Below are positions 38,466 through 56,222 of a stretch of 64,000 nucleotides of DNA, piece after piece. Within the stretch, counting starts at the first letter, position 1. The number at the start of each line of letters is the position of its first letter. This DNA comes from Azolla caroliniana (lineage: Eukaryota > Plantae > Polypodiophyta). Made by a program: the position numbers and the translations under genes. The DNA lies in the NCBI GenBank assembly GCA_043228905.1, contig JBHGNT010000002.1:8556001-8620000 (forward strand), in the 5' to 3' direction. The notes beneath the pieces were generated by a model, which was given only the letters and a program-made list of their open reading frames with translations, was not told the DNA's origin and ran no database searches.

Positions 38466-41400
38466 TTTTTATTTTTATTTTTAAGAATTTTTATCGTCCA
38501 TAAAGAGGCCAAATTTGACCTGTGGGACCAGAGTATACATGTGTTCTTGATATATGTCTCCTTCCTAAGAAGGGGTATTCATACGTTGAAGCACAAAAGT
38601 CTCTATGTGTTAGTAAAGCATACACATATGAGCTCAACCTTCTAGGTGGTGTCTTAAGTATGCAAGTCTTAAGTTATCACTCCCTCTTAGTATGTCAACA
38701 TATCTTGAACGAATTGCACTATATGTCGAGCATGTGAAGAGCAAGTGACATTCATCCTCTACCATGCCTTCATTGCATACTTGACATGACTTCAAATTCG
38801 TTACATTTTGATACCATGATGCAACTTCAATACCTAACTTGTGAGATCGAGTGCGAAGTAGTGTAAGGGCTCTATGAGCATTACTACTCATATTGGTAAT
38901 GACATAAGGTTGGATACGATCAATAGACATTCTTGCTTTATATTGAGACCAACATTCAAGGTTGACATTTGCAATGTAGTATTCTAGCTTTGTCCTCTTA
39001 GCATCCTCCCACTTCATCCTTAATGATTCCACCAACCTTTCCTCAATCATTACATACTGCATAGCATTGCCCGAAAGCTCTAAAAGATCATCCACACCCC
39101 ATCTTCTAAACCATTTCCTTGTGTCAACAACCCAACTAGATGAGAGAATAGGGTAATGATGAGGTTGGATGTTCACCCCATCAATACCAAGCTATTTAAA
39201 GCTTTGAACAAATTGTATATGTTCACCTTTATACCAAGCTATTTAAAGCTTTGAACAAATTGTGCAACCGCAACTCGGTACGCTAATGGCATGTCAATGT
39301 CTACCATTCTATTCCAAAGCTCACTTCGTGGTACGGTATCAAAAGCTTTCTTGAAATCAACAAAACAACAATAAAGTGTTTTTCCTTGTAGTCAACTCTC
39401 TTCCATGATTACTCTTAATGTGACCAAATGATCCACGGTGGAGTGTTTTGGTCTAAATCCGGCTTGCCCAAGTGCTCTTTTGCTTGTACTCTCAGCCCAT
39501 GTGCTTATCTTTTGCTCCATAATACTGCTATATAATTTAGCAATAGTTGAGCTCACCATTATTGTACGATAATTTGATACTTGATTCCTATCTCCGGCTT
39601 TAATTATTGGTTTAATCCAATTCATAAGCCAATCCTTTGGAAATCCTTGTTTTATAGCTTGCTCTAATTGTCATTATCTAATGACGAGTGTGTGGCATTG
39701 TCCATTTTAAAAGCTCACTTGAGATGTAGGTTGAATCTACTGCTTTCCCACTTGCCATCTTCTTTATTCCCTTATTGACATCATCAATATCAATACATGT
39801 AGTGCATGGAGTTTCAATTTTCTCAACCATAGGAGCCACACCTTCATGCATATATAACCTTTGTACATAGTCTAGCATCTCTTCATTTGTAAAGTGACCT
39901 TTCACATCTTCTTTCTTACCCTTGAGTTGTCCCCATGCTAATTTTAGTTTGAGCTTAAACAAGTTTTTCTTTTTCATCTCTTGCATTTGGAAATATCTTA
40001 TTTTCTTTCTCCTCACTACTTTCTTGTATATGTGGCATGCAACAGTCTTTTCATTCCCCCCTTCTATGGACTTAAACCATTTGAGATACATCTTACATTC
40101 ATTGTTGAACCAAGAATTACATGGAAAACTACACACCTTATGCCCACCCACATGTCTCTTAAAGCATTGATATCCAACCTTAAGGATTATATCCTTCAAA
40201 TGTTGCCAATTTTCTTTAACATCATTGCTTAGAGAAAAATTTAACAAATGGTTCTCCACTTCCTTTGCATACATCTTAGCTTTTTCGTTGCAAGGTTGGA
40301 TGATACATCTCTTTTCATCTTTCACTCCACAACATCTAGTGGAATGTGGAATTGCAAGCTCTAAGTACAATGGCTTGTGGTCTGAGTTCGGAGATAGAGA
40401 ACCAACTTTAAACACATTCACCAATGATAGATCACATGCCAACATTAATGCATAATCAACCACACTTCCTCCACCCGAGGATGGTAAACATGTGAGCACA
40501 TTTGTCAATGGGAATGACTTTATACCATTTAGGATAATCAAGTTTGTGCAATTTAGCATATGTATCAAAAGATTTCCATAATTTGACATGACACAATCCT
40601 CTGAGTCACGCACTAGACAATGTTCTACTACATTTTCTTCTAATGTCTCCACATTTTAGAAATTTCCAACTCTTGCATTGAAGTCTCCCATAATTAAAAC
40701 TTTACCAAGATTCTCAAATGAAAGTATATCATGGCATAATTCTGTAAGAAGATCATCACAATCTAACCCAAACCTACTATAGTAGTTTAAGTCTTTGTGA
40801 GGGATGTAACATGCAACTATATACAATTTCTCTTTCCCCAAATTAACCTCTATCCATATGTATCTCTTATAGTCATCATATTTGCATACTTTGATAGAAT
40901 TATCTAAGCTCTCATGGTAGATACATGCTATCTCGGCACGTCCAATATTCCCTTTGGAGTGAGGCCATATCGATTTTATGAGGTAACCGTCTATTTTAGG
41001 TATACGTTTTGCCTCATGCTCCCATGTTTCAGCCAAAAATATAATATCCATACCTTGAGCTACATCATTGTGTCCTAAATCCTTATTACATGAATATCCT
41101 CTACAATTCCAAAACATTACTTTCAATCGTGAAGCACTTATGGTCCCATAGGTCATTGCTTGCTATGCATTTTGATTTGCTTTCCGAGATACATATGCTT
41201 GCCTTCTACATTCTTCCTCTTGTGGAGTTCTATCCTCCGTTACAAAAAAACTTGTCCCTTTTAAGTACACCTTACTACTATCTAGAATCATTGCCCTTCT
41301 ACGTTCATCGAGGATTGTACAAACAATAGCTCAAGATGTCTTTCCCTCTAGTTGCTTTTTGCCAACCCTATGTGCGGCATATACAATAACATCTCGCATG

Positions 41401-41975
41401 GCAAAGTGATCTTCAAAGAATTTCATAATATTTTGTCCAAGAGATAATGCATTCTCTATTTCATTCTCTTGCATACCTCTAATGACAATATTATTCTTTC
41501 TTCTTTCGATTTCATATTGCTCCTTTGCATCTAACACATCCATGGTATTAGAATGTCTTTGCGTGATTTTTGGTGTTTCTTTCAAGAGAACATCTTTCCA
41601 CCTTGTCATGATCACATCTTCCTTCCCTTCAATTGTAGATTTTATTTCGGCATTTGCCTTCACTAAAATCTCTTTTTCTGCTTCAAGACTCAACATTTTT
41701 CTTTCTATTTCAGGCATCCTATTATCTTGCATTTGAATAGTCATGTTCTTCATTGCACGTAGTTCTTCACGCAAAACTTTAATCTCTAACTTTTGCATTT
41801 CCAGTGTATGTTGAAGAGTTAATTCCCTCTCCTTGCAAGCATACATTTTGCTTTGCATATGCATCACTGTCTCTTGCAATGAGATATACATAGTTGCGAT
41901 CTTTTCCATTGACAAAGTATGATGCTCTTTGAGAGACACCATTAGTGCGGGCTAGGCTTTTGTCGCACTAATCAT
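38466..41975 (-). mobile_element. RTE/RTEX-like LINE: ORF1 (coiled coil) and ORF2 (APE, RT, CCHC) with an internal RT deletion
   Basis: ORF1 41331-41942 with ERRKNNIVIRG; ORF2 motifs FWNCRG, FLAETW, MGDFNAR, SDHKPL, NYRTIMV, QAGFR and CQVCN..EDECHLLFTC; A-rich tail at 38467-38481; 33-bp duplication at the deletion junction (39185-39263). No TSD found; clade assignment is tentative. Confidence 0.85.
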
Positions 41976-42761
41976 ATAGTTACCTCTTCCAAGCTACTAA
42001 TCATCCTAATATTCTTTCGCACGGGATGTCAATGGTCGATTAGGTATGTTTTGATCATAACTTAAGGGTGGTCAGGAAGATTAGGTTCTTCTATCCAATC
42101 TATTCACCTTTCTTTTACTTTAATTTGGTCTATTGATTAATAAGACATTCTTAAGATGTAGATGTATTGATAGATATACCAACCAAGGGTGTGTTTGAGC
42201 TTTTGATCTAGGGGTGACTTGTCTTCCTCATCCTTTTTTGAATCCACATATAGTTGTGTTCCAAAGTTGGTGTATGTCTCATCCAAGGTGCCAAGAAGTG
42301 TTTGAATTTTGGTGAAAACCATCAATGACAAATCATGGTGTCATAGCCAAAGATTGAATCCTACATCTGCATGTATTACATTGGCTAATTATTCTTGTGT
42401 ATTCTAGAAAACATGTACTTGGATGATGTGCCAGGTTGAGATTAGATGAAATCTATAGAGAGTAGAAGGTAATGGTAACCACTATGTTGGATGTTAGCTA
42501 CAGTTGCATCAACAGGGTTTGAGACAACATCATGCATCAATAGGTATGATGACGATTGCAATGATGGTGGATACGGCAACATGTGAACAATTAGTAGTGG
42601 TGACGACATATGGCAATGAGAGGACATGCAACAACCTGGAATCAAAAGCAACCTTTGATCGAAAGCTAGAGTCCAAGCTAGCCTTTGACTCGAAGGTAGT
42701 ATTCGATCGAAGGCTAGAGTTAAAGGTTGGCTTTGATTAATAAATTTATAACAATAGAAAA

Positions 42762-42834
42762 TGGAGAAGCGGGGTATTGATCCCCATACCCCTCACATGC
42801 TAAGCGAGGGCTCTACCATTTGAGCAACATCCCC
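42762..42834 (-). tRNA. tRNA-Ala(AGC), probably a pseudogene
   Basis: 73 nt GGGGATGTTGCTCAAATGGTAGAGCCCTCGCTTAGCATGTGAGGGGTATGGGGATCAATACCCCGCTTCTCCA followed by TTTT; about 7 differences from the recalled plant consensus, affecting the A box, B box and stems. Confidence 0.85.
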
Positions 42835-42884
42835 ACCAATATTAATAATCAAAACTTGATTTTGCTCAATGTTGGTATACCGTT

Positions 42885-45288
42885 CAAGAAAAGGAATTAT
42901 TTGTAGTTATACATGCGCTCAAAACATGGCGCCATTATCTTTGTGGAAATTGTTTTGTGGTAACTACGGACCACGAGTCCTTGAAATATTTTTGTGACCA
43001 ACAAGACCTAAAAGGTTGTCAGGCACGATGGGCTGATCTCATCCAGGACTTTGATTTTTCCATACGATATCGTAAAGGTTCCATGAACACTGTCGCTGAT
43101 GCACTAAGTCGCATCCATGAAGTTAACATGCTTAGCTTCATTGAAAGTATCCTGATGACAGTTATTTTGTGAAATAATGGGCAAGAGTTGAGTCTGGATA
43201 GACACCACCACATCCTCAAAGGAATCCTTCCACATTGCTAACAGTCTCCTCTACCGTAATGGGAAGGTTTGTGTTCCAGATTTGCCTGAGGTAAAAAAGA
43301 GAATTCTTTTTGAATGCCATGATGCACCCTGGAATACATCGTACACTCGTTCTCATCTTCACTCAATTCTATTGGCCTAAGATGCGTCTTGACATACATA
43401 GCTATGTGACTAAATGTCACCAATGTCAGATTAACAAAGCCGAGCGATTTAAAGCCACAGGACTTTTACATCCCTTGGACATTCCCAATAATAAGTGGGA
43501 AAGTATATCCATGGATTTTATTGTTAGCCTTCCTCGCACCCAAAAAGGCCATGATGCCATCTGGGTTGTGGTTGATAGAATAACTAAAATGGTCAAATTT
43601 ATTGCTACTAAAACCACAGTAACAACTCCTGAATTGGCTTACCAATTCGTTGATGAGTTATTTTGTTTTTATGGGTTACTGATGGATATCGTGAGTGATC
43701 GAGATCCAAAGTTTACTAGTGACTTCTGGACGCAAGTCTTTAAGAAGTTAGAAACTACGTTGAGCATGAGCTCCATGGATCATCCTCAATCTGATGGACA
43801 AATAGAACGAGTAAATCAAATTATTGAGGACATGCTTCGAGCATACGTTGGTGCAAAACCAACAAAATGGGAACGTTATCTCCCAATTTTGGAGTTTGCT
43901 TATAACAGCTCCAAGCATACGTCGTCAGGATATAGTCCTTTTATGTTGATGTATGGTTTTCAGCCACGACCCCCGATTGGTGTTAATATACATCATGATG
44001 AGTTGCGAAGTATGCAAAACTTTCTTCGGGATATGCAAGATATGTTGCATATTGCACGAGATAATATAGAAAAAGCTCAAGATAGAGCGCGTTTTTACGC
44101 CGATCATAATAGGCAACCTCATGTATTCAACCCTGGACAGAAGGTATTTTTACATGTACCTCACAATTCTAAGACATTGTCTACGGGTAAGTGCGCTAAG
44201 TTAGCCCCACGGTTTTGTGGACCTTTTCAAGTCCTCAAACGCATTGGTTCATAAGTCTATCGTCTCACTCTTCCCAATGGCGTTGAAATTCATCCAGTTT
44301 TTCATGTAAGTCGTCTAAAAGAACTTCTAGGTTCTGGCAACAATACAATTACAACTAAAACTCTAGTTACTTCTAAAGAATTATCTTCTAAACCACATGT
44401 ACCAAAAAGAATTCTCGATGTTAAAATCTGCGTACAAAAATAATCTGAGAATTTAAAATTAAATGGATGGATAAATCTATCAAAGATGCCACATGGGAAC
44501 GCGAAAATACTCTTAGAACTAACTTCCCTAACTTTCCATTGAAAGAGTGCAATGTTTTAAAGAGGGGGAGTATGTTACGAGCATGACCATATAATATCCT
44601 GTGGTGAGAATTTACCGTAGTATTCTATACACGTGGATAAGTGTGAGGGTTAAACGAGAGTGTAAAGAAGGGGAGGATTACTTTTAATCCTCAGGATTGA
44701 GACAACCCATTAGGTCAAGTGTGAACTTGACTGGGGGCATTGGGTCTTGCTATAAATATGAGGCCTAGCTACCCTCATTTCATCATCCCTTGACTTCGTC
44801 GAGACTCTGTTTCGTAGTGGGTCAACTCTTGTAGTGAGCGCGCCAGCCCTAGGTATGACTCGACTCCACAACGGTGATATGGGACGCCGATCAAGGCTCG
44901 AGTCCGTCTCAATCCCTTCGCTTGGGGGTGGTGGGGTGGATCGACACCCTTCTTTCTCTGTCTCCTTTCTTATTTCATTTATATTATATGCTTATCATAT
45001 GCTTACATTAGACCATCGTTCTAACAATAACTAAGAGTGTGTGCGTTGTAACTTAGCCGCCATTTGTTAGACGAAGACGAGCTCGAGGTTGGTGCCTGCG
45101 AGTCCCATTGTATTCCTCTCTCTACTTAGTGATTCTGTTTTTGGGGTTTATGGACCCCCGTGGTTTTTCCCAGCTCGGGTTTCCACGTTAAATATCTGTG
45201 TCTCTGTTTGTGTATCCATTTCGCTTGTTTCTTTGCACCTGCATACGAACGAGAAACCGGTTGTGGCCGGTCAATTCTCAACACAACA
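42885..45288 (+). mobile_element. 3' half of a Ty3/gypsy chromovirus: RNase H, integrase, chromodomain, PPT and 3' LTR (from 44573)
   Basis: TDHESLKY and VADALSR; HPG..CHQCQ, SMDFI, VSDRD and PQSDGQ; GPF motif; chromodomain KWMDKSIKDATWE near 44460; PPT AAGAGGGGGAG then TGTTAC. The LTR right end is approximate. Confidence 0.9.
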
Positions 45289-45299
45289 ATCATACAACA

Positions 45300-46070
45300 C
45301 TCAACCACCAACATTTACAAAAACAAAGTATAACATTGATGCAAGGTCCTTTACGTTTACAAATTGAAGGGCAATTTTGGGCTGATTGGAATTTGCGAGA
45401 TCAAATACCATTTTTACAAGTGACCACAGATCTCTTGTATCGTTGTTGCATTGAGTCTTTTCAATGGATATCATTTGAGGCTAGACAAGAATGGAAGGTA
45501 CATAACTCTGATTATGGATGGTGACAGATCTTGAAATGTAGTTGACCTTCTAAATTGTCACCTGTAATGAAGGCCTTTATTTGGAGAGTATTGATTGGGG
45601 TAAACGCCTTTGGGATTATCTCTAATGCAATGTGGACTAGTTTGAGGGAATTGCTTCTTTTGAGTATTTAAGTGGAAGATAGTACTCATTATTTCATATA
45701 GTGTCTAAGTGCTTGTTAGATTTGGAGTTGCATTTCTCAAATGTGACAAATTTTTTTATTGTATTATTCGTCACCAAGACAATTGGTGTTTGCACAATTC
45801 ACTAAGGTTGCACAATGTGTATTATTTCCGAGATTTTGGGGATTACATCATAATTGGGATATGAGCAATGATTTTGTATTTGATGGTACGCATGGAGTCA
45901 AAGCATATCTACGAATGTTGAAGGGAGTACTAATATGACAAATTTCTTTATTGGAGCACGTAGAAATTTAACATGTCCCTCCTTGCGTATGTAGTGGTGA
46001 CCAAACTCAATTGTGGAACCATTCTAGTGTTTTTCAAATACGATTATATAATATAATTGTGTGTTTTCTC
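45300..46070 (+). mobile_element. Decayed LINE 3' remnant
   Basis: Fragment MKAFIWRVLIG near 45567 is typical of the zf-RVT region. Confidence 0.45.
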
Positions 46071-46376
46071 AAAGGAGAGATGTTTGGGTGGTAGGTATGG
46101 GGTGAAAGCCTCTATTAAGAAATTGAAAGGCATTCTAATGTGGAGTTTTTGTCTGATCATTTCCTCAATTGCAATTATTTAGGCTTTCTAATGGCAAAGG
46201 CATTGTAACACCATGGTCCATGATAAATCATTAGCTCATGGTGAGATCGAACTTGGGTTCTTTCAATTTCAAGACTTTTGATGCTATAGACGTAAACCAC
46301 CAAGCCAACAACGGAGAGAAAGAGAGCGAAATAAACGAGTGTCTCTCCAGAGAGGCCGGGGTGGTGTTCGAGATGG

Positions 46377-46424
<48 letters not shown>

Positions 46425-46436
46425 TGGTCAGAAGCG

Positions 46437-46500
46437 AGGGTTTAGGGTCATGGGCGAGGGTTTAGGGTTTAGGATCATAGGTGAGGGTTTAGGGTTTATG
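46437..46500 (+). repeat. GGGTTTAGGG telomere-like/telo-box array next to (GA)n, upstream of the ATP synthase gene
   Basis: Five GGGTTTA units; AAACCCTA telo-boxes on the minus strand. A regulatory role is unproven. Confidence 0.5.
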
Positions 46501-46751
46501 GCATAGGCGGGGCGAGGCGAGGCGAGGCGATGTTACATGTACCTACAAAGGATGGATCGGGAAGCGCTCCGAAAAAGTATGGAAAGAAAGAAAGATATAT
46601 ATATTATGCATCCAAACGCTCTAAAGGGCTTCCAAGAGACAAATTCAGTCACTACACAACCTCATGAAAGTATGAACAAGAATTAGAAAGTAAATTAATG
46701 GATATGGAGTTTGTATGTATGTATATATGTATATATGTATGTATGTATGTA

Positions 46752-46782
<31 letters not shown>

Positions 46783-46919
46783 AGATGATGATGATCGGAA
46801 CAGGAACCCAAAAAGGAATTCCTGTCGTTAATTAGGTTTCATCTCCGCTTCCATCTTCTCTCTTTTAACCTCTTCATATAACAAGAGTCAGTGCCAGTCA
46901 CAGCAGAGAGAGATTTGCT

Positions 46920-51320
<4,401 letters not shown>

Positions 51321-52859
51321 GTAAAACACAACTCTCTCGAGAAGTATAAAGAAACTTTTCCTCCTAAAAACATTGTTTTTTCTTCTTCAGAAGTTAGTTT
51401 TCTTTAGTTGTCGAAGAAAAGGATCGTGGTAGTTCCCATTTCTTTGACAATGTTGTCTGGCACAGCTTCCATCTATGTCTCTTCCATTGTTTAGAAGAAT
51501 AAATTTGAGACATTTCCTATATATATATATTCATATGTATAGGTTTGTTGCCTAAGAAATTTTTTTGCTCCATTTTTGATCCTATCGTCCATTAAGAGCA
51601 GAAATTGATCTACCCAATTGGAAAGCAAGTTGTGCCGGCGATGATAATGGCGATAACTGTTTTTTGTTGCTCCTTTGTGTTGAAATACAAGTTTCCCCCC
51701 TTTTTGTTCGAATGTTAAATCTTTCAGAGTTTGTTGTACATTAATGAACGTTATTGTCAGTGTATGTTTAGAACAATTGGGCTCATATGTGGAAGATGTT
51801 GGTCATGCATCATGCTATTTGAAGAAACAAGGCTTTATAGAATGACCTGTGTGAAAAAAGATTAGATGATGCATTTGTCAAAACAATGCTTTATAAAATG
51901 AACTGAGTGAAAAGATTAGAAAACTATCTCGTTAAGTTTTGCCACTATCTCACTAAAACACGAGTAAATGTTCTGTTGACATATAATCTATATGTGACTA
52001 ATTATTTCTGTAATTTCACTGAAAAATGAGTACAAGGATTCGTTGAATACATAAGCTGTACTGGTATACCAGTAAATGCCATTAAAACTTCTTGACATCC
52101 TATAGCTAAAAGAAGAGCATGGAAGCTTATTAGCATCATTAACTTCTCAAATTGTTGTGATATTTCGTGGTAATTGATTGAATAGCATTGCATGTCCAAC
52201 TATGTATTTGAATAATGAAAGATGCCATGGTATCAAGACCATCAATGGTGTTGCCTTTTGACGTCCGTTTTGATTGTTTTTGGCAAATTTAACCGTATAT
52301 GAAGGTTAATTTGAAAATGAAACCGTCAATCTTGACGGGCATATATTTTATAAAAATGTAAAAAATGAAGGTTTAAAATTTGTTAATACCATCAAATTTT
52401 GCTAAGGCCAAAACAATAGTACATGTATTAGTAGTTACAAATTACAATTTATAGACATGGCAAATGGGATAGTGAAGGTAGGTGATGTATCTGAAAGGAT
52501 GGCTTGAGTCATGTAAAAGTGTAAGGTAAATAAGTGAGATCTCGTATGTAGGCTAGGATAATCTTGGCACGGCCTACCTGAGAAAGGGATCGTGTTCATG
52601 TATATTTTAACTAATGGAGTATATTCTCTTTTGGAAAAAAAATAAAAATAAAAATAAAATTTATAGGCTATAGGTTACAGCATATAGTTTTATTTGAGAA
52701 AGATAAATGTGTAAACATATGTTATGTGACGTGATAAAGGAGAAGAAGTGCTTAGACATATGCATAGTGTGAAAATAAACTTAGGGCTTCTTTTATTTTC
52801 CGCCCATTCCTCTCTTTTGTTTGTTTGTTTCTCTGTCTCTGTCTCTGTCTCTAATATTG

Positions 52860-53410
52860 ATAAAGCAAGTCACATTGATACGAATCACAATATTGCAAAA
52901 TCTAAGGGAATAAGGCCATTTATAGATGGATCACTTGAAACTTGTATTAAACTATCTCAAAATTATGTGCAAAAGATTATTGATGGACTAAATGCAAGGT
53001 TCCTTGACTTAAGCCTCTTCAATGTAGCAAAATTATTCAGCCCATGCCATTATGCAGATGATGATGTGATTAGGGATAGTAAAGCAAAGACATGGTTGGG
53101 AATTTTGATTTCTCACTTACAACCAACTGTTGATGTCAATGCATGTCTTCAAATTTTACATGATGCAAAGGCTTGTGAAATGGAACTCTAGGTTTGTTGA
53201 CACTTTTAAGTTTAAATTGTGAAGGCTATACTATGCATGAAGCTAGGCGTATGTTTTGCAAAATGAAGGATTGGCAAGATAGTTTCCCTTATTTGACGAA
53301 ATTATGGCATGCTACTTCGGTTATTCCATCTAACACGGTTTTGTGTGAGAGAGAGTTCTCTAAGCAAAATCTCATCAAAGAGATGAAAAGAAATCGATTG
53401 AATATAGAAC
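52860..53410 (+). pseudogene. hAT transposase C-terminal remnant (dimerisation domain)
   Basis: IIDGLNARF..LFSP and FPYLTKLWH..VIPSNTVLCEREFSKQNLIK..RNRL. Confidence 0.75.
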
Positions 53411-53544
53411 AATGGTTGTCTTCCATGTGGATAGACTCTCTTGTCAACTTGGTCTCCATGACAATCTTGAGCAAACTCTATGAAACTAGTTCCATTGGAG
53501 CTTCAAGATCATCCACAAGGCGAGAAGTTCTTCCATAGACCAAC

Positions 53545-53830
53545 CATGAGCCATTCGCTGAATTGGGAGTGCTTCCATGGACAAAACCTTAAACCCTGAG
53601 CCATTGACTAAATTGTTTGGTCCTTCCATTGATTAAATCCGAAACCCTGAACCATTGACTAAATGGGTGGTGCTTCCATTGACTAAACCTGAAACCCTAG
53701 CCATTCGCCAAATTGGTGGGACTTTCATTGAGCCTTAAACCCTGAGCCATTGACTAAATTGGTGGTCCTTTCATTGATAAACCTTAAACCCTCAGCCATT
53801 GACTAAATTGGTTGTCCTTCCATTGACTAG
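53545..53830 (+). repeat. Tandem minisatellite, ~53-bp unit, about 5-6 copies
   Basis: GAGCCATTGACTAAATTGGTGGTCCTTCCATTGACTAAACCTTAAACCCT repeated with substitutions. Confidence 0.85.
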
Positions 53831-53963
53831 ACTATGAACCACTTTCCTCATCCCATGTCTTTTCTCCCGGTGTCGTACGGTTCGTGCTCCATGCGTTGAA
53901 CAAGATTTTACCAAAATTATGGTGCTCAAACACAAAGGTGGATACTTTATCTCGATTCTCAAC

Positions 53964-56222
53964 TGTTGAGAATCAAGCTCAACTTGGTCTAGTGTGTGAA
54001 CTCACCTTGAGAGTGAAGAGACACTCCAACGGTCAAGAGTCACCATTATGTCACCACTTTGTATTCTAGCATTTAGTATGAGTCATAGAATCATATTCTA
54101 TGACACATAACTTATGAGCTTTCACATTCCCCATGGTCCATGAGGCTTGTAGTTAATGAAGAAAGAGGGTGACTACATAAAGCACCCTACTCCCACCTTG
54201 TATAATGTTGAGTATTTCTCCTTTGTTAATATACTTTTACCTTGCGTATTCCTTGTCTCTCTCACTCACTCTCTCTCTCTCTCTCATACACACACATAAC
54301 TCATATGTCTTCCGCTTCATGAGAATCCATCTCTTAATTCTTTACATGGTATCAGAGCGATTTGGTAGCTCGATCTAGCCCATTCGCCTCATCGTGATCA
54401 TGTGTTGTGCTCCACGCCGACGACCAAGAATCGGCTCATCGCTATCGTAGCTTCGCTACATAGCTCGCATTCAAAGAGAGAAGAAGAAGAAGAAGAAGAA
54501 TCAACATAATGAATACTCAAATGGGGAGCGCTCTCCCTACCGAGAAGTTGGATCAAAACAACTTCGCATCTTGGGAGTACAAGATGCACCAATACCTTGT
54601 CGGACAAGGCTATTGGAGCTACATCAAAGGAGCGCATGAAGACCGACCCGCCGAAGCGGCTCTCGGATACGCAACATGGGAGCAAGCTGCAAGCCACGTG
54701 ATGTATTGTTTGGCGACATGTGTTCACGACCACATGCTCGATTACATTCGAGAAGCCAAAACGCCGGAGGAAGCGTGGGAAAACCTATGAAAGATTTTCG
54801 CCACCAACACGACTGCGAGGAAGCTTCAACTCCGCCAAGAGTTGAACAACATTCAACAAAGGGATATGTCCATCACGACATACACCTTGAAGATCAAGGA
54901 GCTTTGCGACTCGCTCGGCTCAATAAGCGTAAGTATAGATGATGATGAGATGGTGCAAATATGCCTCGGCGGCCTCGCACCACGGTTCGGCGCGATGTGA
55001 ACCGTCATTCTAGCACGGGAAAAATCTCCCTCCTTCTTCGAGCTCCAATCAATGCTATTGGTTGAAGAAAACCACGTGCGTACAAGGAACAATGAGTCGG
55101 AAGGCCACATGCTTTACACGCACTCTAATGGAGGAAGAGGACGCGGACGAGCAAGAGGCCGATTTGGCCAAGGACAAGGCGGACGAGGTCCAACCTACGA
55201 CAACAACTCCTAATTTCGGCCACAAAACGGAGGCCAACAAGGAACCTTCGCAAGAAGGGGGAACTTCCACTCCGGCCCGAGCCGTCAAAACGCAACCGAA
55301 TGCGGATATTGCGGAAAGCTCGGCCACCACGAAGAAGAGTGCCGAAAGAAGATGCGTGAATCGGCTTCCACAAGCCGACAACTCGCGAATTACGCGCACA
55401 ATTCCGAATACGAAGAGTATAGCAGAATGTACGGTCACAACTCCGACTACGAGGATCGTGGCAGAATGTACGCATACAACTCCGACCGTGGCGGAATGTT
55501 CATGATGAAACATAGAGCAAAGTCTATGTCGGCCTCTACCTCAACTAGTGCCCTCAATCCGGAGGACGTATGGTTTGTTGACTCTGGAGCCTCAAACCAT
55601 ATGACATCCCACAAAGAATGGTTTCTCGAACTTCGAGAGCCGGAGCGACCCGGTTATGTCGAAACCGGAGATGACACTACGCACCCGATTCGGCACACAT
55701 CGGCAATGTTCCGTTCGGCGAAAGAGGTAAGCAAACATACATTAAAAATGTCTTGCATGTACCCACCATCACAAAGAATTTGGTCTCGGTCAGTCAAATG
55801 GTTGAGCAAGGGATGCAAGTACGATTCGACCAAGAAGGATGCTTCATCGAAAAAGAAGGCTGAATCATCGCACGCGGAGAAGAGAGGGCCGGATGTTCAT
55901 TCTCGATTCGCACGAGATGAAATCCGCCATGTTCGCGAAAAGCACGAAAGCCGACTCCGACATAGAGCTATGGCATAAGTGAATCGGCCACATCAATCTC
56001 AACAAACTCAAAGCAATGAAATCGAAAGGAGTCGTCATTGGACTCCCAACATTCAAAAAGGAGATTGAAGGTGTATGCGAAGCGTGCCAATTCGGCAAGC
56101 AACACCGACGCCCATTTCCGAAGGAGCGGAATGTGAGCAAAGGCGTACTCGACGTAATTCATTCCGATGTATGGGGTCCGGCTCAAACGGCGACATTCCG
56201 CGGATGCCGATATTACGTTCTC
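53964..56222 (+). mobile_element. Ty1/copia element E (same family as A): 5' LTR 53964-54346, PBS 54347-54358, gag-PR-INT start, interrupted by the gypsy element
   Basis: TGTTGAGAATC...TTTACA, then TGGTATCAGAGC; MNTQMGSALPTEKLDQNNFASW, WFVDSGASNHM, CEACQFGKQHR and VIHSDVWGP. Confidence 0.93.

Noticed and set aside
53545-53830. CRISPR-like repeat array
   Set aside because: The units are contiguous with no unique spacers, there are no cas genes, and the context is eukaryotic.
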